Source of the DNA: a virus | Taxonomy: Duplodnaviria > Caudoviricetes | Virus record (IMG/VR): IMGVR_UViG_3300037499_000174 | Span: 1 to 52,840 of that record | Reading direction: 5' to 3' (one strand) | DNA: 52,840 nucleotides | In this document: positions 27,449-35,300 of the stretch, piece by piece | Position numbering within the stretch: position 1 is the first letter of the stretch | How the letters are laid out: each line of letters opens with the position of its first letter | Notes under the pieces: generated by a model | What the model saw: the letters and a program-made list of their open reading frames with translations, nothing else | Database searches by the model: none | Told to the model about the DNA's origin: nothing | Made by a program: the position numbers and the translations under genes

Positions 27449-28726
27449 TCACCATGCGTCAACCGCATCGAATGTGGGCGGCCGCGGCGCCGGCACCGCC
27501 GAGAACGGGGAAACCCGCTCCCAGCCCTCCGGCTGGGCCGCCCGCGCACCGTCCCGCTCCGGCAGCTCCCGCGGCGTCCCGAACAACCGCACGAACTCGG
27601 CCTCCTGCTCCGCGGTCAACGGCGACCGGTTGTCCAGCTCCCGCGCCTCGGTCACGGTCATCCGGCGATGCCTGATCGCCTCGTCCATCATCTTGGCCCG
27701 CTTCTCCGGGTCCATCCGCAACAGCGCATCGGTGTTGAGCTTGACGAACCGGGGCACCGGCAGCAGCTTCGTGAGGTTCTTCTCCCGGCGCATGACCGCC
27801 GGGCCGAGGTGCAGGATCAGGAAGTCCAGGTGACGCGAGGTGATGTTCTCGTACCGCACCGAGCCGCCAGCGCTGACTGCCGCCTCGATCATGTCGGCCG
27901 GCACGCCCAGGAAGCGGGAGATGTCGGCCAGACCGTACTTGCGGCCCTCCAGCCACTCCATGCCCATCTGCTGAGACTGCAGCGGGTCGTACTCCCAGTC
28001 CCGGCCATGGACCAGCAGCCCGCCGTGGTCCATGGTCTCCTGAAACCGCAGCTTGATCGCGGCCGCTTCCTTCGGCGGGATGATCTTGGCGAGGTTCTTC
28101 ATCCTGGCCTTGGGAATCCCACCGCCGGAGAACCACTCGAGCGCGAAATGCTGGGCCGACAGGTACTCACTGACCGACCAGGCCGCGTAAGCGATCGGGC
28201 TGAGCCCCACCGGCAGGCCGGAGACCACGTACTGCCGCTCATGCCACACCTGGTCCGCGGTGTAGTCCTTGCCCTTCACCCGGTAGCGCAGCTCGCCGCT
28301 GTCCCGCAGCTCCCGCACCGTCCAGTCGCCCAGGGCCTGCAGGTCGATCCGGGACGGCTTGCCCATCCCGTCCCGCTCGGTCACCAGCCCGAGCACGTTG
28401 CCCGCCCGGTCGAGGTCCACCTGCGAGGCGTACATCCAGTCCTGGTAGTCCCACCGCTCGCCACCCGGGTCGACCAGCACCGGCGGCTTCGGCACCTCCG
28501 CCGGCCGCAGCCCCTGAATCCGGCGGAACACATCACACGGGAAGGTGCTAACCAGGTCGGCGCGGATCCGCAGGCACGCCCACACCGCAGAGTGCCGCAT
28601 TGCCGTGTCGGAGGTAACCGACACCACGCCCCGGCCAGTCCCGTGCGAACGCAACGGGATATCGCCGTCGTACGGGCCGTCGATCTTCGACGTGCGGCGG
28701 TGACGACCGCGGGTGAACAGGCTCAC
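27449..28726 (-). CDS. Portal protein (HK97 family)
   Basis: AVWACLRIRAD, GLSPI, ISRFLGVPA motifs. Confidence 0.92.
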   Translation of the reverse strand: MSLFTRGRHRRTSKIDGPYDGDIPLRSHGTGRGVVSVTSDTAMRHSAVWACLRIRADLVSTFPCDVFRRIQGLRPAEVPKPPVLVDPGGERWDYQDWMYASQVDLDRAGNVLGLVTERDGMGKPSRIDLQALGDWTVRELRDSGELRYRVKGKDYTADQVWHERQYVVSGLPVGLSPIAYAAWSVSEYLSAQHFALEWFSGGGIPKARMKNLAKIIPPKEAAAIKLRFQETMDHGGLLVHGRDWEYDPLQSQQMGMEWLEGRKYGLADISRFLGVPADMIEAAVSAGGSVRYENITSRHLDFLILHLGPAVMRREKNLTKLLPVPRFVKLNTDALLRMDPEKRAKMMDEAIRHRRMTVTEARELDNRSPLTAEQEAEFVRLFGTPRELPERDGARAAQPEGWERVSPFSAVPAPRPPTFDAVDAW

Positions 28727-28872
28727 CGAGCAGCCCGCCGCGCCAAGCTGAACATCACCGCAAGCGCCTGCTCCCACGAAGTGCAGATGGTCACCACCAT
28801 CATGAGGTCGTCGCTATGGTCATGCAGGGACCAGAAACCGTCACACACCTTGCGGATCCTGTAGCGTGCCAT
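28723..28872 (-). CDS. 49-aa hypothetical protein
   Basis: MARYRIRKVCDGFW...; overlaps the portal start. Confidence 0.5.
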   Translation of the reverse strand: MARYRIRKVCDGFWSLHDHSDDLMMVVTICTSWEQALAVMFSLARRAAR

Positions 28873-28874
28873 CG

Positions 28875-29054
28875 CTAACCCAACCGCGCCATCAGGATCG
28901 ACCCGCCGACCACCACGGCACCGGCGGTCAGCAGACCCACGCCGACGCCGACCGCAGCCGACCCCAGCCAGATCCCCGCCACCGCCAGACCCGCACCGGC
29001 CGCACCGGCCAGTAGGCCGAGCGCGTCCAGCACGTCCGTGATGATCTCCTTCAC
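28875..29054 (-). CDS. Small membrane protein upstream of portal
   Basis: Manual translation MKEIITDVLDALGLLAGAAGAGLAVAGIWLG...; hydrophobic. Confidence 0.6.
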   Translation of the reverse strand: MKEIITDVLDALGLLAGAAGAGLAVAGIWLGSAAVGVGVGLLTAGAVVVGGSILMARLG

Positions 29055-29554
29055 CGCACACCCGCCTCCGACAAGTCATCGAACAGCGCCACGGTGGCCC
29101 GATCCGAGGCGTAAAGCTGACCCTTCCGCGCGCCGTACCCGTAGCCCAGCGGCACGGCCCAGGCCGCGAATGCTTCGGCGAACGCCTCGAGTGGGTCGGT
29201 CGCGGCGTAGTCGCCAACCGGCACCGCCTGGTGCGCGAACCCGAGCGACGCGTCCAGCACGTGGCCCAGCTCGTGCACCAGCACCGGCAGCTCCAGAGCG
29301 GCCGGGCGCCCCGGCAGGACGACGGTGGTGCGGCGGTTCGTCCGGGCAGTCCCGGTCTGGTGGAACTCGTAGGCGACATGCGCGGTGCTGCGGTACGAGC
29401 GGCCGAACGACGCGTCCTCGTAGCGGTGTAGTCCCGCGAACACCGGGTCCACCCCGCACAGGAAGTGAGGCCGGATCAGCCGGTGCATCCCCGCGGGGAT
29501 CAGCGAGTACGCCGCCTCGATCGGAGCCCGGTACCCATGATCGACACGCTCCAT
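29051..29554 (-). CDS. Zinc metallopeptidase (HExxH...EAFAE, lethal-factor/MtfA-like)
   Basis: LVHELGHVLD and YAATDPLEAFAEAF. Confidence 0.75.
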   Translation of the reverse strand: MERVDHGYRAPIEAAYSLIPAGMHRLIRPHFLCGVDPVFAGLHRYEDASFGRSYRSTAHVAYEFHQTGTARTNRRTTVVLPGRPAALELPVLVHELGHVLDASLGFAHQAVPVGDYAATDPLEAFAEAFAAWAVPLGYGYGARKGQLYASDRATVALFDDLSEAGVR

Positions 29555-29625
29555 CAGTAGAACACTCCGCAGCACATCACCGGGCTTCCCCTTCCGCTGT
29601 ATGCTGGGCTATAGCGCGGCGGTCA

Positions 29626-29634
29626 TGGTATATT
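29626..29634 (+). promoter_or_regulatory. Extended -10 promoter (TG-G-TATATT) for the array/RAMP cassette
   Basis: TGnTANNNT motif would put the start near 29641, just before array 1. Confidence 0.6.
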
Positions 29635-29651
29635 GCTCGTGCACGCAGCCA

Positions 29652-29766
29652 GGCTTGGCAGGGCGTGGTCGGGCAGGTCGGGGCAGGGCGTGGTGCGGCA
29701 GAGCGTGGCCAGGTATGGCATGGCTTGTCCGGGCCCGGCCTGGCAGGGCACGGCTGGGCAGGGAAA
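29652..29766 (+). repeat. GGY-NN pentamer array 1 (22 units), candidate guide RNA
   Basis: Strict 5-nt phase; 19/22 units start GGC/GGT; ends GGCAG-GGAAA. Confidence 0.85.
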
Positions 29767-29786
29767 CAACTACACGAGGAGTATCA

Positions 29787-30359
29787 ATGGACTTCCGCAT
29801 CACCATCGAAGGCACAGCCAGCCTGCTCATGCACAACGGCCGGCTGTCCAACCCACTCGACCCAGCCGCCAAGGCGATGAAACGCCTCACCGGCAAACTC
29901 AAGAAGACCAACGACGACTACGAGGAGATCGCCCGCCTGGAGCACGCCGGCTCACTCTACGCCGACCCCGAGATCGGCCCCTACATCCCAGGCGAGAACA
30001 TCTGGCGCGCGCTCTACGACGCCGCCAAGAAGTCCAAGCGTGGGCCAAAGGTCAAGGAAGGCGTGTTCATCAAGTCGGACTGCAACCCGCTCGCCTACCG
30101 CGGACCCCGCGACCCGGCCGGCCTGTGGGCCGACGAGAACTTCCGGCTGCTGGCATCCGCCAAGGTCGGGCAGCAGCGGGTGATGCGCTGCCGGCCCATG
30201 TTCCGCGAGTGGCGCACCGATGCCCTCGGCTACATCGACACCAACGTGATTGACCTCGCCGAAGTGGAGGCCATCGCAGAAACCGCCGGTCAGCTCATCG
30301 GGCTGGGCGACTGGCGCCCGCGCTACGGCCGGTTCATCGCGACGGTCAAGGCCGCATGA
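29787..30359 (+). CDS. RAMP/Cas7-like protein (190 aa) flanked by GGY-NN arrays
   Basis: GAGGAG RBS; N-terminal strand FRITIEGTASLLMHN, YIPGENIWRAL helix, C-terminal glycine-rich loop IGLGDWRPRYGRF. Confidence 0.75.
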   Translation: MDFRITIEGTASLLMHNGRLSNPLDPAAKAMKRLTGKLKKTNDDYEEIARLEHAGSLYADPEIGPYIPGENIWRALYDAAKKSKRGPKVKEGVFIKSDCNPLAYRGPRDPAGLWADENFRLLASAKVGQQRVMRCRPMFREWRTDALGYIDTNVIDLAEVEAIAETAGQLIGLGDWRPRYGRFIATVKAA

Positions 30360-30898
30360 TGCCGCCATTCGAGCCGGTTGGAGACCGATCGCGCTGGCAG
30401 GTCGTCTACGAGTTGCTGTGCCAGACCGAAACCAACGCCGTACTGACCTACGAGGCGATGGGCGACGCGCTCGGCATCGACCCCGACAAGGGCCGGCACA
30501 CAATCCAGATGGCCATGCGCCGCGCCGCCCGCGAGCACGAGCAGATGGACAAACGTGCGGTCGACGCGGTCCCCAACAAGGGCTACCGGGTCGTGCGCCC
30601 GCCGGAGCACATGCAGCTTGCGCAGCGTCAACAACGCCGCTCAACCCGCGCGCTGAGGTCCGGACACTCGAAAGTCGTCCACGTCGACATGTCAGGGATG
30701 GACCCAGACACGCGGCAGGCATTCGAGGTGGTCGCTCGCGCGTTCGCCGCCCAGATGGACTTCAACCGGCGCATGGACATCCGGCACAAGCGACTGGAGG
30801 AGGCCTTGTCGTCGATGGACCAACGGCACGAGCGTTCCCAGGAAGAGATCGAGGAGCTCCGTCGTCGACTGGAACGGCTGGAAGACGGCGCGGGGTAG
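30356..30898 (+). CDS. Accessory winged-helix plus coiled-coil protein coupled to the RAMP gene
   Basis: ATGA overlap; LTYEAMGDALG...AVPNKGYRVV wing; C-terminal heptads. Confidence 0.7.
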   Translation: MMPPFEPVGDRSRWQVVYELLCQTETNAVLTYEAMGDALGIDPDKGRHTIQMAMRRAAREHEQMDKRAVDAVPNKGYRVVRPPEHMQLAQRQQRRSTRALRSGHSKVVHVDMSGMDPDTRQAFEVVARAFAAQMDFNRRMDIRHKRLEEALSSMDQRHERSQEEIEELRRRLERLEDGAG

Positions 30899-30904
30899 AA
30901 GCTT

Positions 30905-31044
30905 GGCAAGGCCTGGCGCGGCCAGGCCTGGTTAGGCGTGGCGAGGCCCGGCTAGGTGAGGCACGGCACCGCAAGGCGCGGCGAGGTTAGGCGAGGCCTG
31001 GTATGGCCAGGCAGGGCGTGGCTAGGCTGGGCAGGGCAGGGAAA
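30905..31044 (+). repeat. GGY-NN pentamer array 2 (27 units), candidate guide RNA
   Basis: Strict 5-nt phase; 26/27 units start GGC/GGT; ends GGCAG-GGAAA. Confidence 0.85.
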
Positions 31045-31048
31045 AAAT

Positions 31049-32644
31049 TCAATAGATACTCATCAGCACGTCATAATCCGCGTCGATCACCAGATGTGCC
31101 CGGGTCTCGTACGCCCACCGCCCCACCGTCACCGCCACCACCGGCGCGGTATCAGACTTCGAGTCCCGCGGCGCCCACGCGATCGTGTCCCCCGACATCC
31201 GGGTCCGGGCGCCGGTCACCGACGCGTCCAGATCATCGGACGGCACCACCCGCAGCGTCCCCTGACGCACCGCGTCGATCAGCTGCCCGCACGCCGCAGC
31301 CATCGACGTGGCGGTGGTCACCGCCAGGTCCCCGCGGTGCGGCTCGTTCGGATGCAGCGGATCCGCACACTTCGACACCTCGCACAGCTCCGGCACCTCA
31401 ATACCGGCGTCGACGAGATCCTCCTTCAGCGACTGGTAGGTGCCGCGACCCATCCCGATCGCCACCGGGTCCAGCTCATCCTTCAGCTCAACCAGCCGAC
31501 CCACCAGCCACTCGGTACCCGGCCGGTAGTCGATCAGCTGCCCATGCCCCAGCCCGTCACCACGCAGCCCGTACACCGCCACCGCCGCGTAGTCCCGCAG
31601 CGGGGAGATGTCCGCACCCAGCGCCACATCCCCGGCGCGCTTCGAGCCCGGGTCGTGCAGCTTCGCCCACTGCCCGGCGGTGATGATCCCGTCATCGCCG
31701 TAGGACGTCTTGCGGTTGCCGTACGCGCGCCGGAACTCGGCCGGGACCATGGCCTCCCGCTCGGCCCGGATCGCATCCAGCGACTCGATCGAGTGATGCC
31801 ACGCCTCGCCCGGGCCGGCACAACGGCACGGCGGGTCGGGACACAGCGCCGGCATGAACGTGACGTAGGAGGCCTCGTCGGCCGGCTCCCAGTCGTCCGG
31901 GGCCGACCACTCGAAGTAAGCCACCCCGAGCCCGGCATCGGACTCGGCCGCGGCGCGGCCGGTCTTCACCTTCCGGTTCAGCACCATCGACGCATCCGTG
32001 CCGGCGGTTGAGCACACCAGCAGCTGGGCATCGGCTACGGTGATCATCGCCGGACGTAGACCCTGCTCGCGGCGGTCGTCCGTGTCGTGCCACACCTCAT
32101 CCATGACCGACTGCTGCAACGTCTTGGAGTGACCGGAGGTGGTGGAGGTCGACAGCAGCCGGATCAGCGAGCCGGTCCGGAAGTGGATGGACTCGTTACC
32201 CATCCCCTCGTTGATCTGCAACCGCTTGCCGCGGGCGGCGACCAGCTTCTTGATCTCCGAGTTGCGGATCAGCGGGAACAGCTCGTCCAACCACTTGTCC
32301 CGGGCGTCCTTACCGGTCTGGGCCGTGAAAACCGAACGCTGCGGATGCCGCCAGCGCTTCGAGACGCACCGGTTGATCTGCCACGCCAGGAACAGGGTGG
32401 TCTTCCCTGACTGCCGGGGCACTGTCACCCGCACCTCGCGGTAGGCCGGCAGCCCGGTGACGGGATGGATCTCACAACCGACGTCGGCAACCAGCCGCTG
32501 CCACGGCATGAGCGGCTGGCCCAGCCTGTCGGCGATCGCCGACAGCTCGGGGCCGAACGTCTCCCGCTCGGGTCTACGTCTGGTGGCGTACCGGGGAGGA
32601 CAGCTCGTCAATGAGCTGATCGGCTCCACCATCATCGCGGTCAC
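31049..32644 (-). CDS. terL: Terminase large subunit
   Basis: Walker A PRQSGKT, Walker B SVMDE, CSTAG coupling motif, LGAD nuclease motif; start uncertain. Confidence 0.92.
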   Translation of the reverse strand: MTAMMVEPISSLTSCPPRYATRRRPERETFGPELSAIADRLGQPLMPWQRLVADVGCEIHPVTGLPAYREVRVTVPRQSGKTTLFLAWQINRCVSKRWRHPQRSVFTAQTGKDARDKWLDELFPLIRNSEIKKLVAARGKRLQINEGMGNESIHFRTGSLIRLLSTSTTSGHSKTLQQSVMDEVWHDTDDRREQGLRPAMITVADAQLLVCSTAGTDASMVLNRKVKTGRAAAESDAGLGVAYFEWSAPDDWEPADEASYVTFMPALCPDPPCRCAGPGEAWHHSIESLDAIRAEREAMVPAEFRRAYGNRKTSYGDDGIITAGQWAKLHDPGSKRAGDVALGADISPLRDYAAVAVYGLRGDGLGHGQLIDYRPGTEWLVGRLVELKDELDPVAIGMGRGTYQSLKEDLVDAGIEVPELCEVSKCADPLHPNEPHRGDLAVTTATSMAAACGQLIDAVRQGTLRVVPSDDLDASVTGARTRMSGDTIAWAPRDSKSDTAPVVAVTVGRWAYETRAHLVIDADYDVLMSIY

Positions 32645-32843
32645 CAGTCAGCTCCTTGATCAGCTCCCGGTACTCCCGCCACAGCTGGGGGCTTCGTGGG
32701 TCGTCGTCGAGCGCCGCAGCGATGCTCCTGACCGCTTGGACCCTGGCTGCGTCGACCCGCTCCAGCCGGCCGGCGCAATCAAGCGCGTTCAGGGTCGTTT
32801 CGGCGGCGTCGACGTTGGATGTTGGGCGGGCGCGTTTGGCCAT
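32574..32843 (-). CDS. Terminase small subunit (putative)
   Basis: Helical 89 aa overlapping the terL start. Confidence 0.7.
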   Translation of the reverse strand: MAKRARPTSNVDAAETTLNALDCAGRLERVDAARVQAVRSIAAALDDDPRSPQLWREYRELIKELTGDRDDGGADQLIDELSSPVRHQT

Positions 32844-32930
32844 ACCCCCACCCCGTATGTAAATTTACCCTCATGACTGGCAGGGTCGCAAGACGTCTGA
32901 CTCAAATAAACGAACGTCTATGTGTCCAGG

Positions 32931-33224
32931 TCAGAGCTGGTCGACCGGGACGTGCAGCCTGCATCTGTCGCCACACCAGCACCGTGGCCGATGGCGGGCG
33001 TACCCACCGCGCACCGCACCGGCGCCGCGGTTGCACCTGATGTGCTCCGGCCCGCGGTACTGCGTCCGGTCGTCGTCGTCGTGGCCGAGGTCCCACGGCT
33101 GGGTCGGGTCAATCCACGCCCCGCACCGCCAGCAGTCGCACTCGCCGGCCTCTACCAGTGGGCGCCACCGCTCACGCTCCAACCGGTGGCTCCGGCCGTA
33201 GCCCCGGTCATGCGTCCTGGCCAC
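32931..33224 (-). CDS. Packaging-associated HNH endonuclease
   Basis: RGYGRSH...CWRCG...WDLGH...PEHIRCN; upstream of terS. Confidence 0.8.
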   Translation of the reverse strand: MARTHDRGYGRSHRLERERWRPLVEAGECDCWRCGAWIDPTQPWDLGHDDDDRTQYRGPEHIRCNRGAGAVRGGYARHRPRCWCGDRCRLHVPVDQL

Positions 33225-33474
33225 CGGCGGGCTCCGGGCTGGGTGCCTTGCGCTTGAGGTGTGCGGTGCCGGTCGCCTTGAACTCGGCATCGGCCGAGTA
33301 GGCGATGGCGGTGCTGAGCGCGAGGGACGGGTGGGTCCTGGAGTTGATCGCGATGGTGACCACCTGGCGCAGGTAGCGCCAGGGTAGTCCGGTGAGGAAC
33401 TCGGCCCAGCGGATGGGGGCGTGGCGGGAGAGCAGGTACTGCACGACCTCCGGTTGGGTGGGCACACCGCTCAT
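33208..33474 (-). CDS. Hypothetical protein
   Basis: GAGGTG RBS. Confidence 0.6.
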   Translation of the reverse strand: MSGVPTQPEVVQYLLSRHAPIRWAEFLTGLPWRYLRQVVTIAINSRTHPSLALSTAIAYSADAEFKATGTAHLKRKAPSPEPAGGQDA

Positions 33475-33537
33475 CGGGCACACCTCGTCCACATGCACGG
33501 TCGTGTGACACGGTAGCAGATCATGCCGGTGACCTGC

Positions 33538-33939
33538 TCATTCCGGCTGCCAGAAGGTCCAGAAGTCCGGCGGCTGAGCCTTGAACGGCACCGTGACCGT
33601 GGTCCGGGCTGCCCCGTCTCCGGAGGGGTTCAGGTACAGCTTCCCATCTTTGCGCGCGAACTGCTGGATGGTCAGACTGCCGTCGCTGATGATGGCGTGC
33701 GACTCCGCTGGTGTGTCGTCTGGCTCCACCCCGTTGGCCCTCAGCCACTCCATCAACTGCTCATGCTCCGGACTACCGTGGGCCGCCTCGTAGACATACC
33801 GGCCCTCGACACGGTCGACGGTCAGCCTGATGTCCAGGGGGTGGCTGGGTAGGCGCATGTGCGCGTGCTGGTAGCCCTCGCGCCGGTCCGGGCACCCAGG
33901 GTCGGTGCACCGCTCTCCGCGCCGCTGCTCGATGCTCAT
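33538..33939 (-). CDS. Hypothetical protein
   Basis: ATGA coupling with the upstream gene. Confidence 0.6.
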   Translation of the reverse strand: MSIEQRRGERCTDPGCPDRREGYQHAHMRLPSHPLDIRLTVDRVEGRYVYEAAHGSPEHEQLMEWLRANGVEPDDTPAESHAIISDGSLTIQQFARKDGKLYLNPSGDGAARTTVTVPFKAQPPDFWTFWQPE

Positions 33940-34832
33940 ACGCTGATCCTCTCTCTCGTGGCCACGCGCAACCTGTGCACGTCGCCGAACCGGTACCTTG
34001 CGGCCACCGCCAGCGCGCGGTGCCGCTGCCCCCACTTCCGCACCGTGGCCGCCGGGGTGGGCCAGCCGTGGAGGCTGAGCAGGTGCGCGCACTCCTCCGC
34101 GGTCAGCCGGATGTCCATCGCGGCGGCCAGGATGGTCGCCGAGCGGTCGGTGGCGCTGTGGGCTGCCTGGCAGGCGGGGCAGTGGACGTAGGCCGCTCTG
34201 GGTGACGCTGACAGCCGTTGCCGGCACGGTCCGGCCGCGGTGGGGGCCAGGCAAGGGCCGGCGTCCAACCGGCGCGGCGGTGGCCGGTCCACAGCCGGTT
34301 CAATCTGGTCGCACGCGTAGGCCAGCTCATCCCACGCCCCGGCGGCGAACGGCTGATACCGCAGCCACTTGAGCTGACCGGCCAGCCACCGCATCAGGCC
34401 CGGGGTGTCCTCGGGCAGGCTGCCGGGACCGGCCTGGATGCCGTGGCGCTCCTCCAGCACCACCCGGCACCAGGTGGTGACCGTGTTCCGCACCGCCTCC
34501 GCCACCTCGGCCGCCAGCCAGTTGAACGGCAGCCCGGTCATGGCGCCCAGCTCGTAGTCGGGGCTACGGATACTGCGACATGACCTGTGCGTGCACTTCT
34601 GGCAGATCGGGCCGACCAGCACCCCGGAGTCGGGGCGGATCGGCTGCGCCGGAGCCCGACCCCGGGCACGCGGCCCCGGCTCGGTCATCCGCGCCAGCCG
34701 GGCGACGGCCACCTGGAGCTCCGGCCACAGCTCGGCCGCATCCCGGAGCTGCGCGGCCAGGTCACGCTCACACGCCGGGCAGACGTAGGCTACGTCCGGC
34801 ACCGGCCGGGAGCACGCCTGGCAGTCGGCCAT
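33936..34832 (-). CDS. Zn-ribbon plus C-terminal HTH protein (possible late regulator)
   Basis: CxxC pairs; LTAEECAHLL...AATVRKWGQR HTH; position before the late genes. Confidence 0.7.
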   Translation of the reverse strand: MADCQACSRPVPDVAYVCPACERDLAAQLRDAAELWPELQVAVARLARMTEPGPRARGRAPAQPIRPDSGVLVGPICQKCTHRSCRSIRSPDYELGAMTGLPFNWLAAEVAEAVRNTVTTWCRVVLEERHGIQAGPGSLPEDTPGLMRWLAGQLKWLRYQPFAAGAWDELAYACDQIEPAVDRPPPRRLDAGPCLAPTAAGPCRQRLSASPRAAYVHCPACQAAHSATDRSATILAAAMDIRLTAEECAHLLSLHGWPTPAATVRKWGQRHRALAVAARYRFGDVHRLRVATRERISV

Positions 34833-35041
34833 CAGCCACCGACCAGCCTCAGCACCACCGAGAGCACCAGTAGGCCCAACGAGACCCCCAGCAGCCACAT
34901 TGCGATCAGCGATATACGCCCCTGGCGGTGCCAGAACACCTCCTGCTCCCGCCAGAACCGATCGCAGTCAGCCCAGAAGTCGGGATGCCCCGGCGGTAGG
35001 GTGGTGGGCTTCGGAACCGGGTTGCTCAGCGGATTACGCAT
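34832..35041 (-). CDS. Small membrane protein
   Basis: C-terminal TM; coupled. Confidence 0.55.
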   Translation of the reverse strand: MRNPLSNPVPKPTTLPPGHPDFWADCDRFWREQEVFWHRQGRISLIAMWLLGVSLGLLVLSVVLRLVGG

Positions 35042-35300
35042 GGTTGTCTCCCCTCGCTGCTCGCATCACGAGCCGCACTTCGGTGGGGTGGACAACGCCG
35101 ACACCGTCCACCTCGTAGCCGTGGACTTGGCGCAGTGGAACCCAGCTCTCGGCGGCCAGCGCCTCTATGATCCGCCCGGCGGTGGCCCACAGGCGGCGGG
35201 TGGTGGCGGAGGTGTCCGGGGCGGGCAGCGGGTCGTTCGGTGGGCGTGGCCGGTACAGGATCTTGTAGACCAGGTGTTGGGCGTCACGCTCAGCCGGCAT
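35034..35300 (-). CDS. Hypothetical protein
   Basis: GGAGG RBS. Confidence 0.55.
   Translation of the reverse strand: MPAERDAQHLVYKILYRPRPPNDPLPAPDTSATTRRLWATAGRIIEALAAESWVPLRQVHGYEVDGVGVVHPTEVRLVMRAARGDNHA

Noticed and set aside
12613-28864. Long plus-strand ORFs opposite structural genes (e.g. 19321-21252, 25837-27675)
   Set aside because: These are shadow ORFs caused by high-GC codon bias; they show no recognisable motifs.
29652-29761. Reverse-complemented NNs of array 1 read as codon positions 1-2 give a protein-like string (L-H/Q-V-L-S/R-G-R...T-L-A-T-L)
   Set aside because: Almost any dinucleotide string translates this way. It is unsupported without a database match.
29601-29786. 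62-aa N-terminal extension of the RAMP-like ORF shown in the track
   Set aside because: It is the array read in frame (GRAGRG...). The RBS-supported start is ATG29787.
29652-31044. GGY-NN arrays as a canonical CRISPR array or a simple microsatellite
   Set aside because: There are no 25-45 nt repeats with spacers. The variable positions are heterogeneous yet perfectly phased, unlike slippage repeats.
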